63,740 nucleotides of DNA, filler included, from Welwitschia mirabilis (GCA_051453625.1; 5 parts of one record of this genome joined end to end with filler, not necessarily neighbours in it), one strand, 5' to 3'; counted from the first letter of the whole stretch, positions 14,044 through 27,539 are shown. Translations and numbers: made by a program. Notes: generated by a model not told the origin, from the letters alone.

Positions 14044-15561
14044 GCATCATCCTGATAAATCATGTATTACTTTACATTTTTTTAAGACAACATACTTTAA
14101 CATTTGAGTGAATCATTATCATGACATGTTTCCCATGATATTAGTTCATTTAATGTTGTCTTAATTTATGAAATTTAGACTAAGTTTTAATACTATGACC
14201 TCTGTCTACGATTTGAAAGATAGATGAAAAATCTTAGCTTTTAGTTGGAATAATTTTGATCCATAGATAAACAAATGATATACATGTTAGAATAAGAAAA
14301 TGAAATTATGACTTTTAAAATGGATGAATTTCTTTAGTTATTTGTTCTAAATTTTATGCAAACATAAAATAGGATGTTAGACACACAATGTACCCTTGCT
14401 TGAACACAGGAAATACACAACATAATTTAATGTCTAAAGTCTTGAAATTTATAATGAGTACCATACTTTTATACTTGGGTTCTAACTTGTCCCTATGTCA
14501 ACTCTTTGGAATAGCTATAAAGGCTAACTGGTAGAGTTATTTTTTTTAATGCATGATGATCTAAGGTTATTACTTCTCCTATTCTAACTATGAATGTATT
14601 TTTCTTTTTAAATGATAAATAGAATATGTAATGCTACCAATTCAAGCTTTATTTTTGAAATGAAGAAATCCCATATATTTCTCAAGTTTGATTTAAAATA
14701 CATATCTCATGTAACTTCGTTATATTTTTAGATACAGTTCCTAATTTCATCTTATTGTATGCCATTCTTCATGAGTGTTGATCTAAGGAAAATTATTTTA
14801 CAAAATTAGACTCTTTGATATAGTGTCATGTTTTCTTGTTCCTCACCACTATGTTCTAACATAATTTTGAGTGCAATGATTCTTTTAAACCACTTTTACA
14901 TGTTGCTTTATTATGGTCATTAGTATACACACTCTCTTTTTAGGATATTTGCTTTTATTCAAACTAATGGTTATGCTAAAGATCATTTCCCTTAAATTTT
15001 AATCTTTAATAATACTTAACAGCATGACATTGGTAGAAGTCTAGTGGAAGAACATGTACCCCTCAAAATTAATCTTGTTACAAGTTATAAACTTTCTAGT
15101 TTTCTCTTAGAAATATACCTTCTTTATTATTTCCATGTAAATGCAAGGGGACATTCCTGTATTGGGCCCCTTTCTTAATATCTAACAAATAATTCATCAG
15201 ATTTTGATTATTATTATCTAGTATCTAGATGGTGTTAATGTATTTTTCTTTGAATTTTAGAAGGTTAATTAGTTGAGGACAACTGAGGTATGAGTTTTTA
15301 TCTCTTCTTTGGTGTATGGGGCAGAAGACTATCAATTCTCTCACCCAGGAAGGAAGAAATCCTCCTAATCAAGACTTAACTTGAAATTGTTATTCATAAC
15401 TTAATAATGCATATTATCATTCTTCAATTTCTTATTATTAAAGTATTCATCAGTAAAACAAGTGAAAATCAAATATTGCCACTTGTGCAAGATACAACCA
15501 TTAAAGGAACTCCAAAGTTTTCTTCTTTAGATTGTTTGATCTTATAATTCCTAAAACAAGA

Positions 15562-16920
15562 TGAGGATTAATTTGAACTCAGAGGAGAGGGGTAAATGAG
15601 TTTTATCAAATAAAATTTAAACCAAACAATAAAATAAAAATGCATAATGAAATACCTTATCAAATAACATGGTTCCCTAACCTAGGTACATGCACACATG
15701 AAGGGTAGCTTCTACTCACACCTCTGGATATTCTTGATCTATAAGAAATAGTAGTTTGTTAGCACATCACCAACCTTATAATAAGTAAGAGTTCCCTCAC
15801 AATGTTGCACTCTCACTCCCTCAAGGGAATAGTGGTTTTCACAGGCACACCATGAACCTTTACAATAGTAAAAGTCTTCTCACATGGTAACACTCTCTTC
15901 CCATAAGGGAATAATGGTTTTTTGGGTAACCAATAACATTACATTTAACAAGTATCTAAAAGTACAATAACCAATGCACACCCCTACAAGGATTGCCTTA
16001 TAAAGTATTTGATATTTTAAAAAATGAACTCTATAATAGTATTCAATAATAAGGTAGTCCACAATAAAATAATCAAAATGCAATATAATAAGAAGTTTAA
16101 ATATGCTTTGATGAATACTTTAAGATTATTGAAGTTGTTTTTATCATCATGAGTATGATTGAGAAAGATGGTTGCAATAAAGATCCAAATCCAAGAGATG
16201 AAATAATTCTAACTTATTGCTACTAAAACTTTTGATTTCTTCATGAGATGTTCCCTTTACTCATGCTTTCAAGATCTGTATTTTTGATTGATTTAATGAA
16301 GTGTCAAAAGTTCTTATTTAATTTTTGACATTAATTCTTTATAATAATGAGAAATATCTAATTGTTTGAGCTTGGTAGATAGTCATTTGAATCTGTAACT
16401 CTTGTGCAATAGATAGCTAATGTCTATGCTTCAAGCATGTAACTTCACTTTCAATCAATGTGAACTTTAATTTAAGATGCCTTAAAATTGTAGACATCTA
16501 CTTTGAAGACATCTTTACATTTGTAGATGTTTTGAATCAACTTACCCATATTCTGATGAATTCTACACTATAATATCCTTGGACCTTTGTGATCATAAAT
16601 CCCTGATGTACAAGTTCATTGCTTATCTAAAACATAAGATATTAGTCAAAAATGAATTGACTCTATTACCTATTCTAGATCAATACATTCTATATGTATT
16701 TACTTTTCTAGACATCTTCACTTAAGATGTTTTCAATTTCTTAGATGTCTTCAAACACATGCTTTTGTAGTTTACCATCAGATGCTTTTCACAAGATGTT
16801 ATATTTGAAAATCCATTATGATCTAGTGCCTTTCAAGATCTGATGTACCTGTAATAACTTGTTTACATAAAGACACAAAATGTTTAATAAGTGGAATCAT
16901 CAAAACTAGATTTTCCAACA
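15562..16920 (-). repeat. 3' LTR of the Sirevirus-like element
   Basis: Aligns with 22102-22758 and 22859-24156, ends ...TTTTCCAACA and abuts the PPT. Confidence 0.9.
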
Positions 16921-17679
16921 GCCTCTCCTTTTTTATGATGTTCAAAACTTGGCAAATCTCATTAGTGTAATCTTAACTAATCAATTGAAATTATATATTT
17001 TGCTTTAGAGTAATGCACTTAATAACGTATTACAATAATCATAATGTGTGTAACTTAAAATTGGAAAAACTACATAAAGATATATTACTTGAGGAACCAA
17101 AATAAGACACATTTTATATTAACTTAAGCAACTTTGCAAAATATACAAAAGTGGATGATAAATCATTGTATTCTTTATTAAGATATGTATGCATAAATAA
17201 TAAAGCAGATAAACATTTGATAATCTTAAAATTATAATATACTTATAAAAATGTATCATTTTTAGAGCATGAAGTTCAAATATGTGCAATCACTATATCA
17301 TAACTAATGGAATTTGTGCTAGCAACACGTGAAAATATTTTGATCACCAACAAATTTAAATAGTATATATATGCAAGAGTGTGTTAATAAAAGCATAATA
17401 TAAGAATGCTACCTGTTTCAAATACAATGCATGAAGTAACAAGCATGATATCAAAAGAAAATATTAAAAAACATAAATGTGTGCCATAATATTAAGTAGG
17501 GATCATCAATACAATTAATGACACTTTTGGATCTAATCTAAGATCTCATAATCAAGAGCTCTAATCCCAACAAAGTGTCTTCATCCTAAAAGTTAAAGTA
17601 TCCAACTAATATAGCACTAATTTACCATATACTTCTCCCCCTTTTTAGACATCAATAGAAGGCTCTAATCACTAAGATC

Positions 17680-19400
17680 TGAATCACTCATGTAGTGCTC
17701 ACCTTAGCCTTCTTTGTCACTGTCATCTCTATCATGGATGGTGGAGGTGGGCTGTGTGTAAGATGACATTAAAGTAGATGGTGATGTATATGTCTTCCTA
17801 AAGGGATGTTGTGATGTCCCACTAGGGCCTTCAAAGACATGTCTTCTTATATGTAACATGTTTAAGGAGTGATAGAAGTCCTAAAGAAGCTAGCAGTGAT
17901 GATCTTTGTGAAGATGGATGGAATCTGAATGAATGAGATTGATTCAACCTAAATAATCTCTATATGCAAAGGTGAAGGTGATGGTGAACGAACTGGAGGT
18001 GAAGAACGTGCATGTGATGGTGAAGAGGAACTAGGTAATGACAGTGGCTATGAAGATCTGTGAAATGGAATCTTATGATGAGAATGATAAAAGATAAGTA
18101 GTGGAGCATTTGAGCTCTCAGACTCGATCTCCTATGGTGCTGGCCTTTGCTAACAAGGACTTGAAGCCTATGGCTCTCCATACGCATGTGTCCTTATGGG
18201 AGTCTTCTCTCGTCCTAAACCTATGCCTCATCTCTAGAAGACTCCTTTGAAGGCTCATTGTTTACTACTTTGTCTGAGTCATGTCCTATGCCAAATGGAG
18301 TTGATGGTTATGCTTCTTCCTCTACATTTAATTCCTCTTCTAAATTTGACCATGTGGGTGTCCTCATAGACTTTCATCTCTCCACTGGTTCCTCTCCTTT
18401 ACTTGCTATAGATTTGTGTTTTTTAAGCCTTAGAATATTTCTTTTAATCTTCCTAACCATTTTTGCAATATCCTTTAATTCATTTTTCTTGAGAAAGAGT
18501 TGTGTGTAGCAGTGGAAAATGATCTTTGCATTTGTGGTGTTCTTCTGCTCATGCCTTCACCTGATGTCATAGGTCTCTCCATTTCTCACTAAATTCTTCC
18601 AATGGTTTTGTCTAATAGACAAGGTTAACCTATGATATTAAAATGCCTACATTACTAATGATTAAGCTGATAATACATGGATGGCCCAAATTCTGCCCTT
18701 TATGGAATAATGAAATAATATTTATGCATAGCCCAAAACCCGAATCTATCTAAAAACTTGTAAGAAATATACAATGAAAGTCTGCATAGGCTTGTAATAG
18801 TTGTAACTACTTCCTCTAACTATAATTTTGTAAAAACTTACTATATCAAGAAAATAGGCATCAAATGTCATATCCTTACTCTCAATGTTCTTAACAAAAT
18901 TCATTCAATTATGTCCAAATAAAACATTACTTATTTGACACCTGAATACATTGATAATTCTAAAACTGAAAATCTCCCTAAATGAATTACTATAAAACTA
19001 AAGGACATTAGTATCATTTATACAAAGTAGAAAATTAATAAAACTTAGAACAATATGCAATTTTTTACCTCTGACCTATGTCTAAAATGCACCAGTGTTA
19101 TCATCAATTTTACGAATGTTTGCATAGAATTCTCTTACCACTAGATCTGTAATAGGCTAAATTAGTTGGACAATCATCTCTTAAGTAAGCCAAATAAAGT
19201 AGCTCATGATCCAATCTTTGTGTCTCTTCTAAAAACTGAGGGTTCTCTCTGCAATTATGGAGTTTCTTAATCATGCCCTAAATCTTCTTTCTATTACTTC
19301 ATGATAAAACTAAGGTTCATACGAGATTTGGTTCATTCTATAGCTTGTTTTTTTCCTCTAAAAATTCCTATTGCCTTTCTTCTTGTCATATTTATGAAAT
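17680..19400 (-). pseudogene. Decayed extra (env-like) ORF with a putative plant transposon protein (Transposase_32-like) domain
   Basis: Minus-strand translation near 19150-19030 reads LVVREFYANIRK...VRGKKLHI...FINFLL. It is followed by a low-complexity charged/Ser/Pro-rich region ending near the internal PPT. Confidence 0.7.
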
Positions 19401-20279
19401 AGAACCCGATACTAACCAAAGATCAATAGAAATACAAGCAACTATGAAAAATATATACCTATTCAAGAAAATCCTTTGTTCTTGCTCGCTATTAATATGT
19501 CTCAAAAGTTCAAGATGTCTAGCTAGAGAAATCTAAGAAAAATAGAGTTTAGAAAATCTTTAAGAGTAACATGTGTTAAGAGAAGACTTGACAATAAGAT
19601 ATGATGGTTCCTTTGGCTATTAAAAAAGGTCAAAACCCTATTTTTATGTGTTTTTTAAATTCTACAATAGTATAGTCAAGAAATCTACAAATTTCAAGAT
19701 GTCTTAAATGCAAATGTAGATATCCACAAATTTTAAGACATCTGTTGTTAATACATTTCTAGTACATTTTTTAGCTACCAAAACATCTACAAAAACTAAG
19801 ACGTCTAATTCAAAAAAATTAAAATGATGTACTTGCCCTTTCAAAATGTCTACTAAAGTTAAGACATTTGATTCCAAGACATTTACAAATTTCAAGACAT
19901 CTTCACCAGAAATGCTTACAAACTAAAGACATTTGTAACAAAATTCCCAGATTTTTAAAAAGAACCTACAAATATTATAACCATAACAATAATACTTCAA
20001 GTAGCTAAATATCACACACATAATTTAACTTTACAAACTATATCTAATCATAATCTCAACTCATAAGATAAGCATAATGGAGCTGAGATCTTAAGGATGT
20101 TACCTATTTACTTACCTGATTAAGCAAATCTCAATCTTCAAGTTCCTATGTGAATTGATGTATTCTTCAGTGCCTTGAAATTTTACAATTTTTTTGAAAA
20201 CCTGAATTTGTTACATTGGGTTGTTAAATAATTATTATACCTTAATTAACTACATAATTATTATGCCTTGATTAACTAC

Positions 20280-22050
20280 ATATGTGATAAGCATGCTTCT
20301 TCTCTATTCTGAGATCTAATTTAGCTTTAGATACCCAAACTTTCCTTGGTCTATTCTGCACAAAATGATGTACCAATATACTATGCCTCTTGGCATTGTT
20401 AGTATAGTACTATGTTTGAATTTTATTAGACATCTATATTGATAATGACTTTTACAATTATAATATTATTAAATGATGTTATTTGTATATGATAAGTGCT
20501 CATACATTGACTTACAATTCCACCCTTCAAATAAAGGAGTTGAAGTGGTATTTTTTACCTCATTATATCCTAATCCTCTTCTGTCTTTTGGACTCTTGCT
20601 TTGTTCAAGCATGATATTCAAAGTTTCTTTGCCTTGAGTAAATTTTTCAATAATTTTCTTTGAATCCAAAAGTTTCTATCATACATTCTTTAAAACACAT
20701 GTTAGTTTATGAATCTTATCTTTAAGGGCTAAGTTTTTAGAGGATAATTTACTTCAAGTATTCTTTTCTTATTTATATGCCTTTTCATGATTATTAAGCA
20801 ATCTTTTTGTCTTTTCACCTAAATTTAACAAATTAATAAACACTTGATAAACTAAGTCATATTTTTGAATAGTCATATCTATGTCATCCTTGGTATCTGA
20901 ATCATACTCATCTTCTAAATCATTGTTTTCATCTTTAGTGTGAGTTATAGTCATGTAGGAAGGATGTGTTTTCTTATTATCTGATGCTTCTTTTTCTGAA
21001 GTCTCATCATCTTCATCCCGTCCATAAAGAATGATTTCTTCTCTTTGGGCTACTCCTTTTGTTCATCTTCCTATAATTTATTAGTACTAGGGCATTCTGA
21101 GGTAATATGTCCTCTACCTACACATACCCAACATTCTATTTTGAAAGCATTTGACAAAAAGAAATTATTAGATGTTTGCCTTTACTCTTACCTTTTTCTT
21201 GAAATCTGAATGATCTTTTAAGCTCATCTCTTCTGTTGTACTTGTGTAAGCATAGTCTTTTTACTCTTTGCACGATGAAGACTAGTTTCTCATCTTCATC
21301 ATCAAAATCAACTTCTTCATGTTCTTCTTTTTCCTTTTCTTTTGATTTCCTATTTATGCTTTGGCTTTCCTTAAGTGAAATGGATTTCTTCATTAAGATT
21401 CCATCTTGTATCAGGTTTATTTCATATGCTGTAAGTATGCTTTATAGTCCTTTTATCTTCATGATGTTGAAATCTCTAAATTCTTCCATGGTTATGGTCT
21501 TACATCTATAATAAGGGGTTAGTGATCTAAAAACCTTTTATATTACCTTTTCTTCTAGAAGATATTTCATAAATGCCACGTATTACACTCACAATGTTTG
21601 CAACTCTATTAAAGTACTTGTAAACGCTCTCTACTTGTTTTATTTTCACATTTTTAAATTGGTTTATCCAAACCAGAAGCTTAGATTATTTCATAATGGA
21701 ACTACCTTCATATATTCTAGTTAGAATATTCCAAATTTCTTGTGTCGTTTTCAAACATGCTATTATATTAAACTCTTCTATAGATAAAGTAGAATAAAGA
21801 GCATTTTTAGCTTTAGAGTCATATGTGAATGCGCCTTTTTCTTCATCTGTCTAGTCTTTCCTTTTTTTAATTTGAGTATGGTATTACTTGCAGCATTTGT
21901 AATGATCTCTGTAGGGTTTGTGTAATCTTCTTCTATGCTCTATCATATTTGAAACTTAAAAGACTGTAAGTACACTCACATCCTCATCTTCTAATAGGTA
22001 TAGTTTGTCCCATCAAAGAGTAGAGGTCTAATGGATGGAACCCCTTCCAT
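20280..22050 (-). pseudogene. Decayed SIRE-type gag with zinc knuckle and a protease stub
   Basis: MEGVPSIRPLLFDGTNYTY*KMRM, AKNALYSTLS, EIWNIL...YEG, ECWVCVGRGHITSECP, LNIMLEQSKSPKDRRGLGY and WVSK. Confidence 0.88.
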
Positions 22051-22101
22051 GTTCACTCAAGAAAGTTACTCTTTTTTATGAGTACCCACTCTAATACCAC
22101 T

Positions 22102-24156
22102 TGAGAATTAATTTGAACTTAGAAGGGAGGGGTGAATTAGTTCCAACATCTAAAAAAATTAAACTTAATAAGAATAAAAATCACAATGAAAAGCCTCACC
22201 AAATAATGTGGTTTCCTAACCTAGGTATGTCCACACACAAAGGATAACATTTGCTCACACCTCTAAATATTCTTAAATTACAAGAAATAGTGATTTTCTG
22301 ATGCACCACCAACCTTACAAAAATAAGACTCTCTTAATAAGGCAACACTCTCTTTCCCTCAAAGGAATAGTGATTTCCATAGGTACGCCATAAATATTTA
22401 CAATAATGCGAGTCTCCTTGTAATCTTTCCCACAAAAGAATAATGGTTTTATGGCTAACCAATAACCTTACATTCAATAAGTGCCTAAAAACATATTAAC
22501 CAATGCATATCCCTATAAGGATGACCTCACAAAGTATTTGATATTATAATAATAAACTCTACAATAATATTTAACAATAAGATAGTTTAAAATATAAACC
22601 AAAGAATACAATGCACAACAAGCCTAGAGATTTTATTTGATGAAGACGTAAGCTCTTAGAAGTTGTTATTGTTATCATAAGTATGAATGGGGAATGAAGC
22701 AATGAAGATTGAAATCTAAGAGATGAAAATAATGCTAGCTCCTTGCTAATGAATATTTNNNNNNNNNNNNNNNNNNNNNNNNNNNNNNNNNNNNNNNNNN
22801 NNNNNNNNNNNNNNNNNNNNNNNNNNNNNNNNNNNNNNNNNNNNNNNNNNNNNNNNNNATCAAATAAAATTTAAACCAAACAATAAAATAAAAATGCACA
22901 ATGGAAGATCTTACCAAATAACGTGGTTTCCCAACCTGGGTATATTCATACATATAGGATAGCTTCTACTTACATCTCTAGATATTTTTGACCTGTAAGA
23001 GACAGTGATTTTTTGGTGCATCACCAACCTTATGAAAAGTGAGAGACTCCTTGCAATGTAGCACTCTTACCCCCTCAAGAGAATAGTGGTTTTTGCAAGT
23101 GCACCATGAACCTTTATAATAATAAGAGTCTCCACGTAAGGAAGCACTTTCTTCTCCATAAGAAAATAATGGTTTTTTTGCAAACCAATAGCCTTACATT
23201 CAACAAGTACCTAAAAGTACAATAACCAATGCATACCCCTACAAGGATTGCCTTATAATGTATTTGATATTTTAAAAAATGAACTCTATAATAATATTCA
23301 ACAATAAGATAGTCTATAATGGAATAACCAAAATGCAATATAACAATAAGCCCGAATATGCTTTGATGAAGACTTTAAGATCCTTGAAGTTGTTGTTGCT
23401 ATCACGAGTATGAATGAAGAAGATGATTGTAATGAAGATCCAAACTTAAGAGACGAAACAATACTAGCTCCTTACTATTGAAACTTTTGATTTCTTCATT
23501 AGAGGCTCCCTTTACTCATTCTTTTCAGATCTATATGTTTGATTAATTTAATGAAGTTCCAAAAGTTCATATGTAATTTTTGACATTGATGCTTTATAAT
23601 GATGAGAAAGATATAGTTGTTTGAGCTTGGAAGGTAGGTATTTAAATATATTGCTATTGTGCAATGGATAGCTAATGTCTATGATTTGGACATGTAACTT
23701 TAATTTTAATCAACATGAACTTTGGTCCAAGACATCTTGATTTTTTTAGATGTCTTATTTCAAGATGTCTTCACATTTATAGATGTCTTGAGTCAACTTG
23801 CCTAAATTCTAATGCATTTTACATTATAATATTCTTGGACATTTGTAATTATAAATCCATGATGTACAAGTTCATTACGTACCTAAAACATAAGATATTA
23901 GTCAAAAATAAATTAGCTCTGCTACCTGTTCTAACTCAGTACATTCTAGACATCTTCATTTAATATGTCTTCAATTTCTTAGATGTCTTCAAACGCATGC
24001 TTTTGTAGTTTACTATCAGATTCTTTTCATGAGATGTTGCTTTGAATATCCATCATGCTCTAGTACCTTTTAAGGTTTGATGTTCCTATAAAACATGTCT
24101 ACACCAACACATAAAATGTTTGACAAGTGGAATCATCAAAACTAGATTTTCCAACA
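22102..24156 (-). repeat. 5' LTR region: a partial LTR (22102-22758), a gap, then a near-complete second LTR (22859-24156)
   Basis: Both pieces align to 15562-16920; the piece after the gap restarts at the equivalent of ~15605. Confidence 0.85.
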
Positions 24157-24231
24157 CAAGCAAAAGTTGGAGATTGCTACTTGTGCAAGACATACTCATT
24201 AAAATAACTTCCAATCTTTCTTCTTATACAT

Positions 24232-24811
24232 TATTTAACCTCACACACAAGACTTATTAATTAGGTTTTCATGATGTGTGTTATGAGGTTGTTTTTAAAT
24301 AGCTTAAAACTTTAGCTATTATCTCCTTTTTCAAAATCTCACCAATAATCATAGAATTTCAAGTTTGATTTGTGTTCATCCCAATGCTAGACATGATCGT
24401 TTTATGGCATAGAAGAGGTTGTTAAAATCTTTAAACCTTGCAATTTTCATCATTGTTATAAAACTAGAGGTTCAAGTAAATGCCTTTTTTCTTGCACCAG
24501 AAATAGATGCTTCCTTCCAATGGGCTCAGAATTTTGAATCACCCAAGGACTTTGCCCAGTTGAATTGTTATCTAATAATTGAATAGTTGATGAAACATTG
24601 GAAATAATATTAGATCTTCTTAGAATGCTAAGAAGAAATATTTTGGGACAAGTTTTAACTTAAGCTTATTTCTTTTTACTTGATGAGAATGTAATTGTCA
24701 TGTCACCAAACATGTAATATCCCATCTTCATGTTCTTGTGAGGTTTTATCTCGTGTATAGTACATTGGTTAAGTATGAGTTATGAAAGTAAACTGTAGAA
24801 AGATATCTCTA
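24232..24811. repeat. ~580-bp dispersed repeat, copy 1 (decayed minus-strand ORF of an unidentified element)
   Basis: Aligns along its length with 33331-33911. Confidence 0.85.
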
Positions 24812-25429
24812 TAAATTAGGCACTTTTAAAAATTAGGTTTGAAAGCATAGATCCCTAATTAAAACAATTTTGTTACAACCTTTGTAGATTTCCCTAAGCA
24901 TAATAAGCTCTTATGTCATTTTCATATGTTTAAGGGAAATGTCCTCATTTGGCCCATTTCTTGATATTCCACTAATGGGTTAATATGTTTTCCTATCATC
25001 ATTGTCTAACCTATCATCATCTATTAGTTGTTTGGTAACTCTTGGAAATTGGTAAAATCTTGAATGATAAAGAAATAAAGATGAAAACAATTAGATATTT
25101 TGGAATTTCTGTAGAAAAACTAAAAGAATAGAACAAAAAATAAAACAACAGAGAAAACACCCACAAATTTAAATGTTAAAGAAATCTAATAGAGAGGGAA
25201 AGATTTGTAGGAAGCAAGTACAAAGCCTAGATTAGGATCTAAAACATGTAGTATAAGGCACTACAAACATGCATAGAGCACTTTCAAATGGGTATACCTC
25301 ATATTTGAACCCTAAAAAAAGGTTTTATTATTGTCCAAAAGCCCACAACTCTAAATACACAACTCCTTAAGGTGTTTCTAGCTTCTATAACCTAACCACT
25401 TATAACATGGGCACAACAAGAAGGTATAA

Positions 25430-26330
25430 ACAAAGATATGAGTGCAATTTCTTCAGCAAGCTTGTCCATCACTTGTATTCTCTTCATTTTGGCATATTTG
25501 GTTGTTAATAAAGTATCAACACAATCTTTTTACTTTAAAATATCCTTGATCATGATGCATTAGATATTATATTCTTATTTGAAAGGCGTGTTTGTTGTAG
25601 GCTTTGCGTGTAGTCTCTAGTATATATGACAAATTTCCTAAAAGTTAGATAAATATTCTGCATGAAGGTTGTATTGACTCGTTGCCTTCACCTTGCTTCT
25701 TTCATTCTTCAAGCTTGGTACCCTTTGCTACACTATGCTTTGCTTTGCACTAATAAACCCTAGACCCCATGCTTTGACACTATTTATTCTAAAAACATGG
25801 AAACAAAAACAATAAAATAAAAGAGAACAAAACAAGCAAGCAAGAAGTAAATACTAATAATACAAGATTTATGTGGTTTGGGATATTTATACCCCATCTT
25901 AATGGAATCCAAAGATCTTATATTATAAAAGAAAACAAAGACACAGGTTGTCCTTGATAGCTTACTTTTTTCAGTCTTTGAGCTTGGTATGCTGCTACAC
26001 TATGCTTTTCTTTGCACTAATAAACCCTACACCTCATGATGTGATATCATTTGTTGTAAAAACATAGCACCAATAAAAATAAAAGAGCAGAGACCAAAAC
26101 AAATTAGCAAATGGTAAAAACACCGGTTCCAATGGTTTGTGATCTTTTACTCTATGTCAATGGAACAATGCAAAGCTCTTATTTTATTCGAGAAAAGAAA
26201 GATACAAGTCACCTTTAATTGCTGTATCAGTTATACAATTACTCAGGTGGTGAATCTCATCTTTCTTTAAACATAAACATCCCATTTATGGGCTCACATT
26301 AGGGTTAAAATCAATGCTAGGTTTAAGACC
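25430..26330 (-). mobile_element. Copia 5' fragment: gag N-terminus plus a tandemly duplicated PBS/LTR junction
   Basis: Minus translation ...NI*CIMIKDILK*KDCVDTL. A ~270-bp unit is repeated (~25710-25955 and ~25980-26220), each copy with a PBS-like remnant (GCTTTGACACTA, GATGTGATATCA). Confidence 0.6.
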
Positions 26331-27492
26331 CTAAAACGATATTGACATCTTATATTGAATAACCCCATCAAGTAACTTAACAACATATAGGATAGCTTAC
26401 AGTCCACTTTCAAATATAAAAGTGAATAGAGGAATAAAATAAAGAAGGAAGATTTTAAAAGATGATTACGTATTATTATTTATGCTTTTTGTTCATATAT
26501 ATGGAATCAAACCTTGAAAATCTAGACTAGATACTCTGCACATGGCATTTCATTTGATAGATGCCATACTATGAGATGCCTATTACTCAATTGTTTATAG
26601 CATTTCCTTACTACATACTTCCATATGCCAACTCATACTATCATTTCACACACTTGTGACATAATAATACGTAAGCAAACAATACCATCCATTGCTTGTA
26701 AGTTGTACCAAGGTTAATTTCATGAGTAATATTTTGATCGTTGCCTTTGGTAAATCTGTTAATGGTCTGTAATCATTCCATGCTTTGGAAGGGTAGCAAG
26801 ATAAAAACATTAATCAAAACAAAAAACGTGATTTGGCATTTTCATGCATACTTTCATGAGAAAATAGAGGCATTCATTCTTTCTTTAAGAGTAGAATATC
26901 AATCATAGGACTCGAATGTCCTCAGGCAAGCACAAGATGTTCTACTAAATAATGAGTCTTTCATGCAAGAAAATGATTTAAAGATGCAAAATGTAAACAC
27001 TAGTTGCATGCATCACTTTTGAGTAGAAACATATCCTTAAGGGTTGGATGCAACTTGAACTAAGAGAAATAGACACTAGCACCTGAAATATCTGACCTCT
27101 AAGCAGAATGCTACATAACCACTTTTTTCCTTAACATATTCATCATGCATCCAATCCAATTGTCTATTCATGCCAAGATGCATCTTATGATTGATTCATG
27201 CATGCACTGACAGCTTGTCACATGCATGTTAATACTCATCCTTCAGAAGAGAGACCAAAATGTGTGAGTTTTGTTCTAATTCTTGAATGGCAACTTCACC
27301 TCTCCACATGTGATGTCAAAGTGTTACGTTACAAAATATCACATGGAAAGGATAAAAGAAGAAAAGAGGATTTGGCTTCACACTTCAACGGTAGGATTTA
27401 CGTTGTGCACTAATTGGTTTTAAAACTATTACATCAACTACTATTTAAGAGGCTTGTAATTTATAATTTGTAAAGCCTCTACTTTTTTCTTT

Positions 27493-27539
27493 TCTCTCTC
27501 TCTCTCTCTCTCCCATTTTTTCCCTTTTTTTTTTTTTTT
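27493..27539. repeat. (CT)n plus poly-T simple repeat
   Basis: Direct reading. Confidence 0.85.

Larger units (their letters stand above)
15562..24156 (-). mobile_element. Sirevirus (SIRE/Maximus)-like Ty1/copia element, non-autonomous (no IN/RT/RH), with an extra 3' ORF
   Basis: LTRs are bounded TG...CA at 15562 and 24156, with near-perfect TSD CAAGA (15557-61) / CAAGC (24157-61). A Met-tRNA PBS remnant lies at 22088-22099. PPTs lie at ~16922-16935 and ~17632-17646. The gag is SIRE-type. Confidence 0.88.

Noticed and set aside
17960-18509. His-rich and hydrophobic ORFs as independent genes
   Set aside because: They are alternative frames or the antisense of the low-complexity part of the Sirevirus extra ORF.
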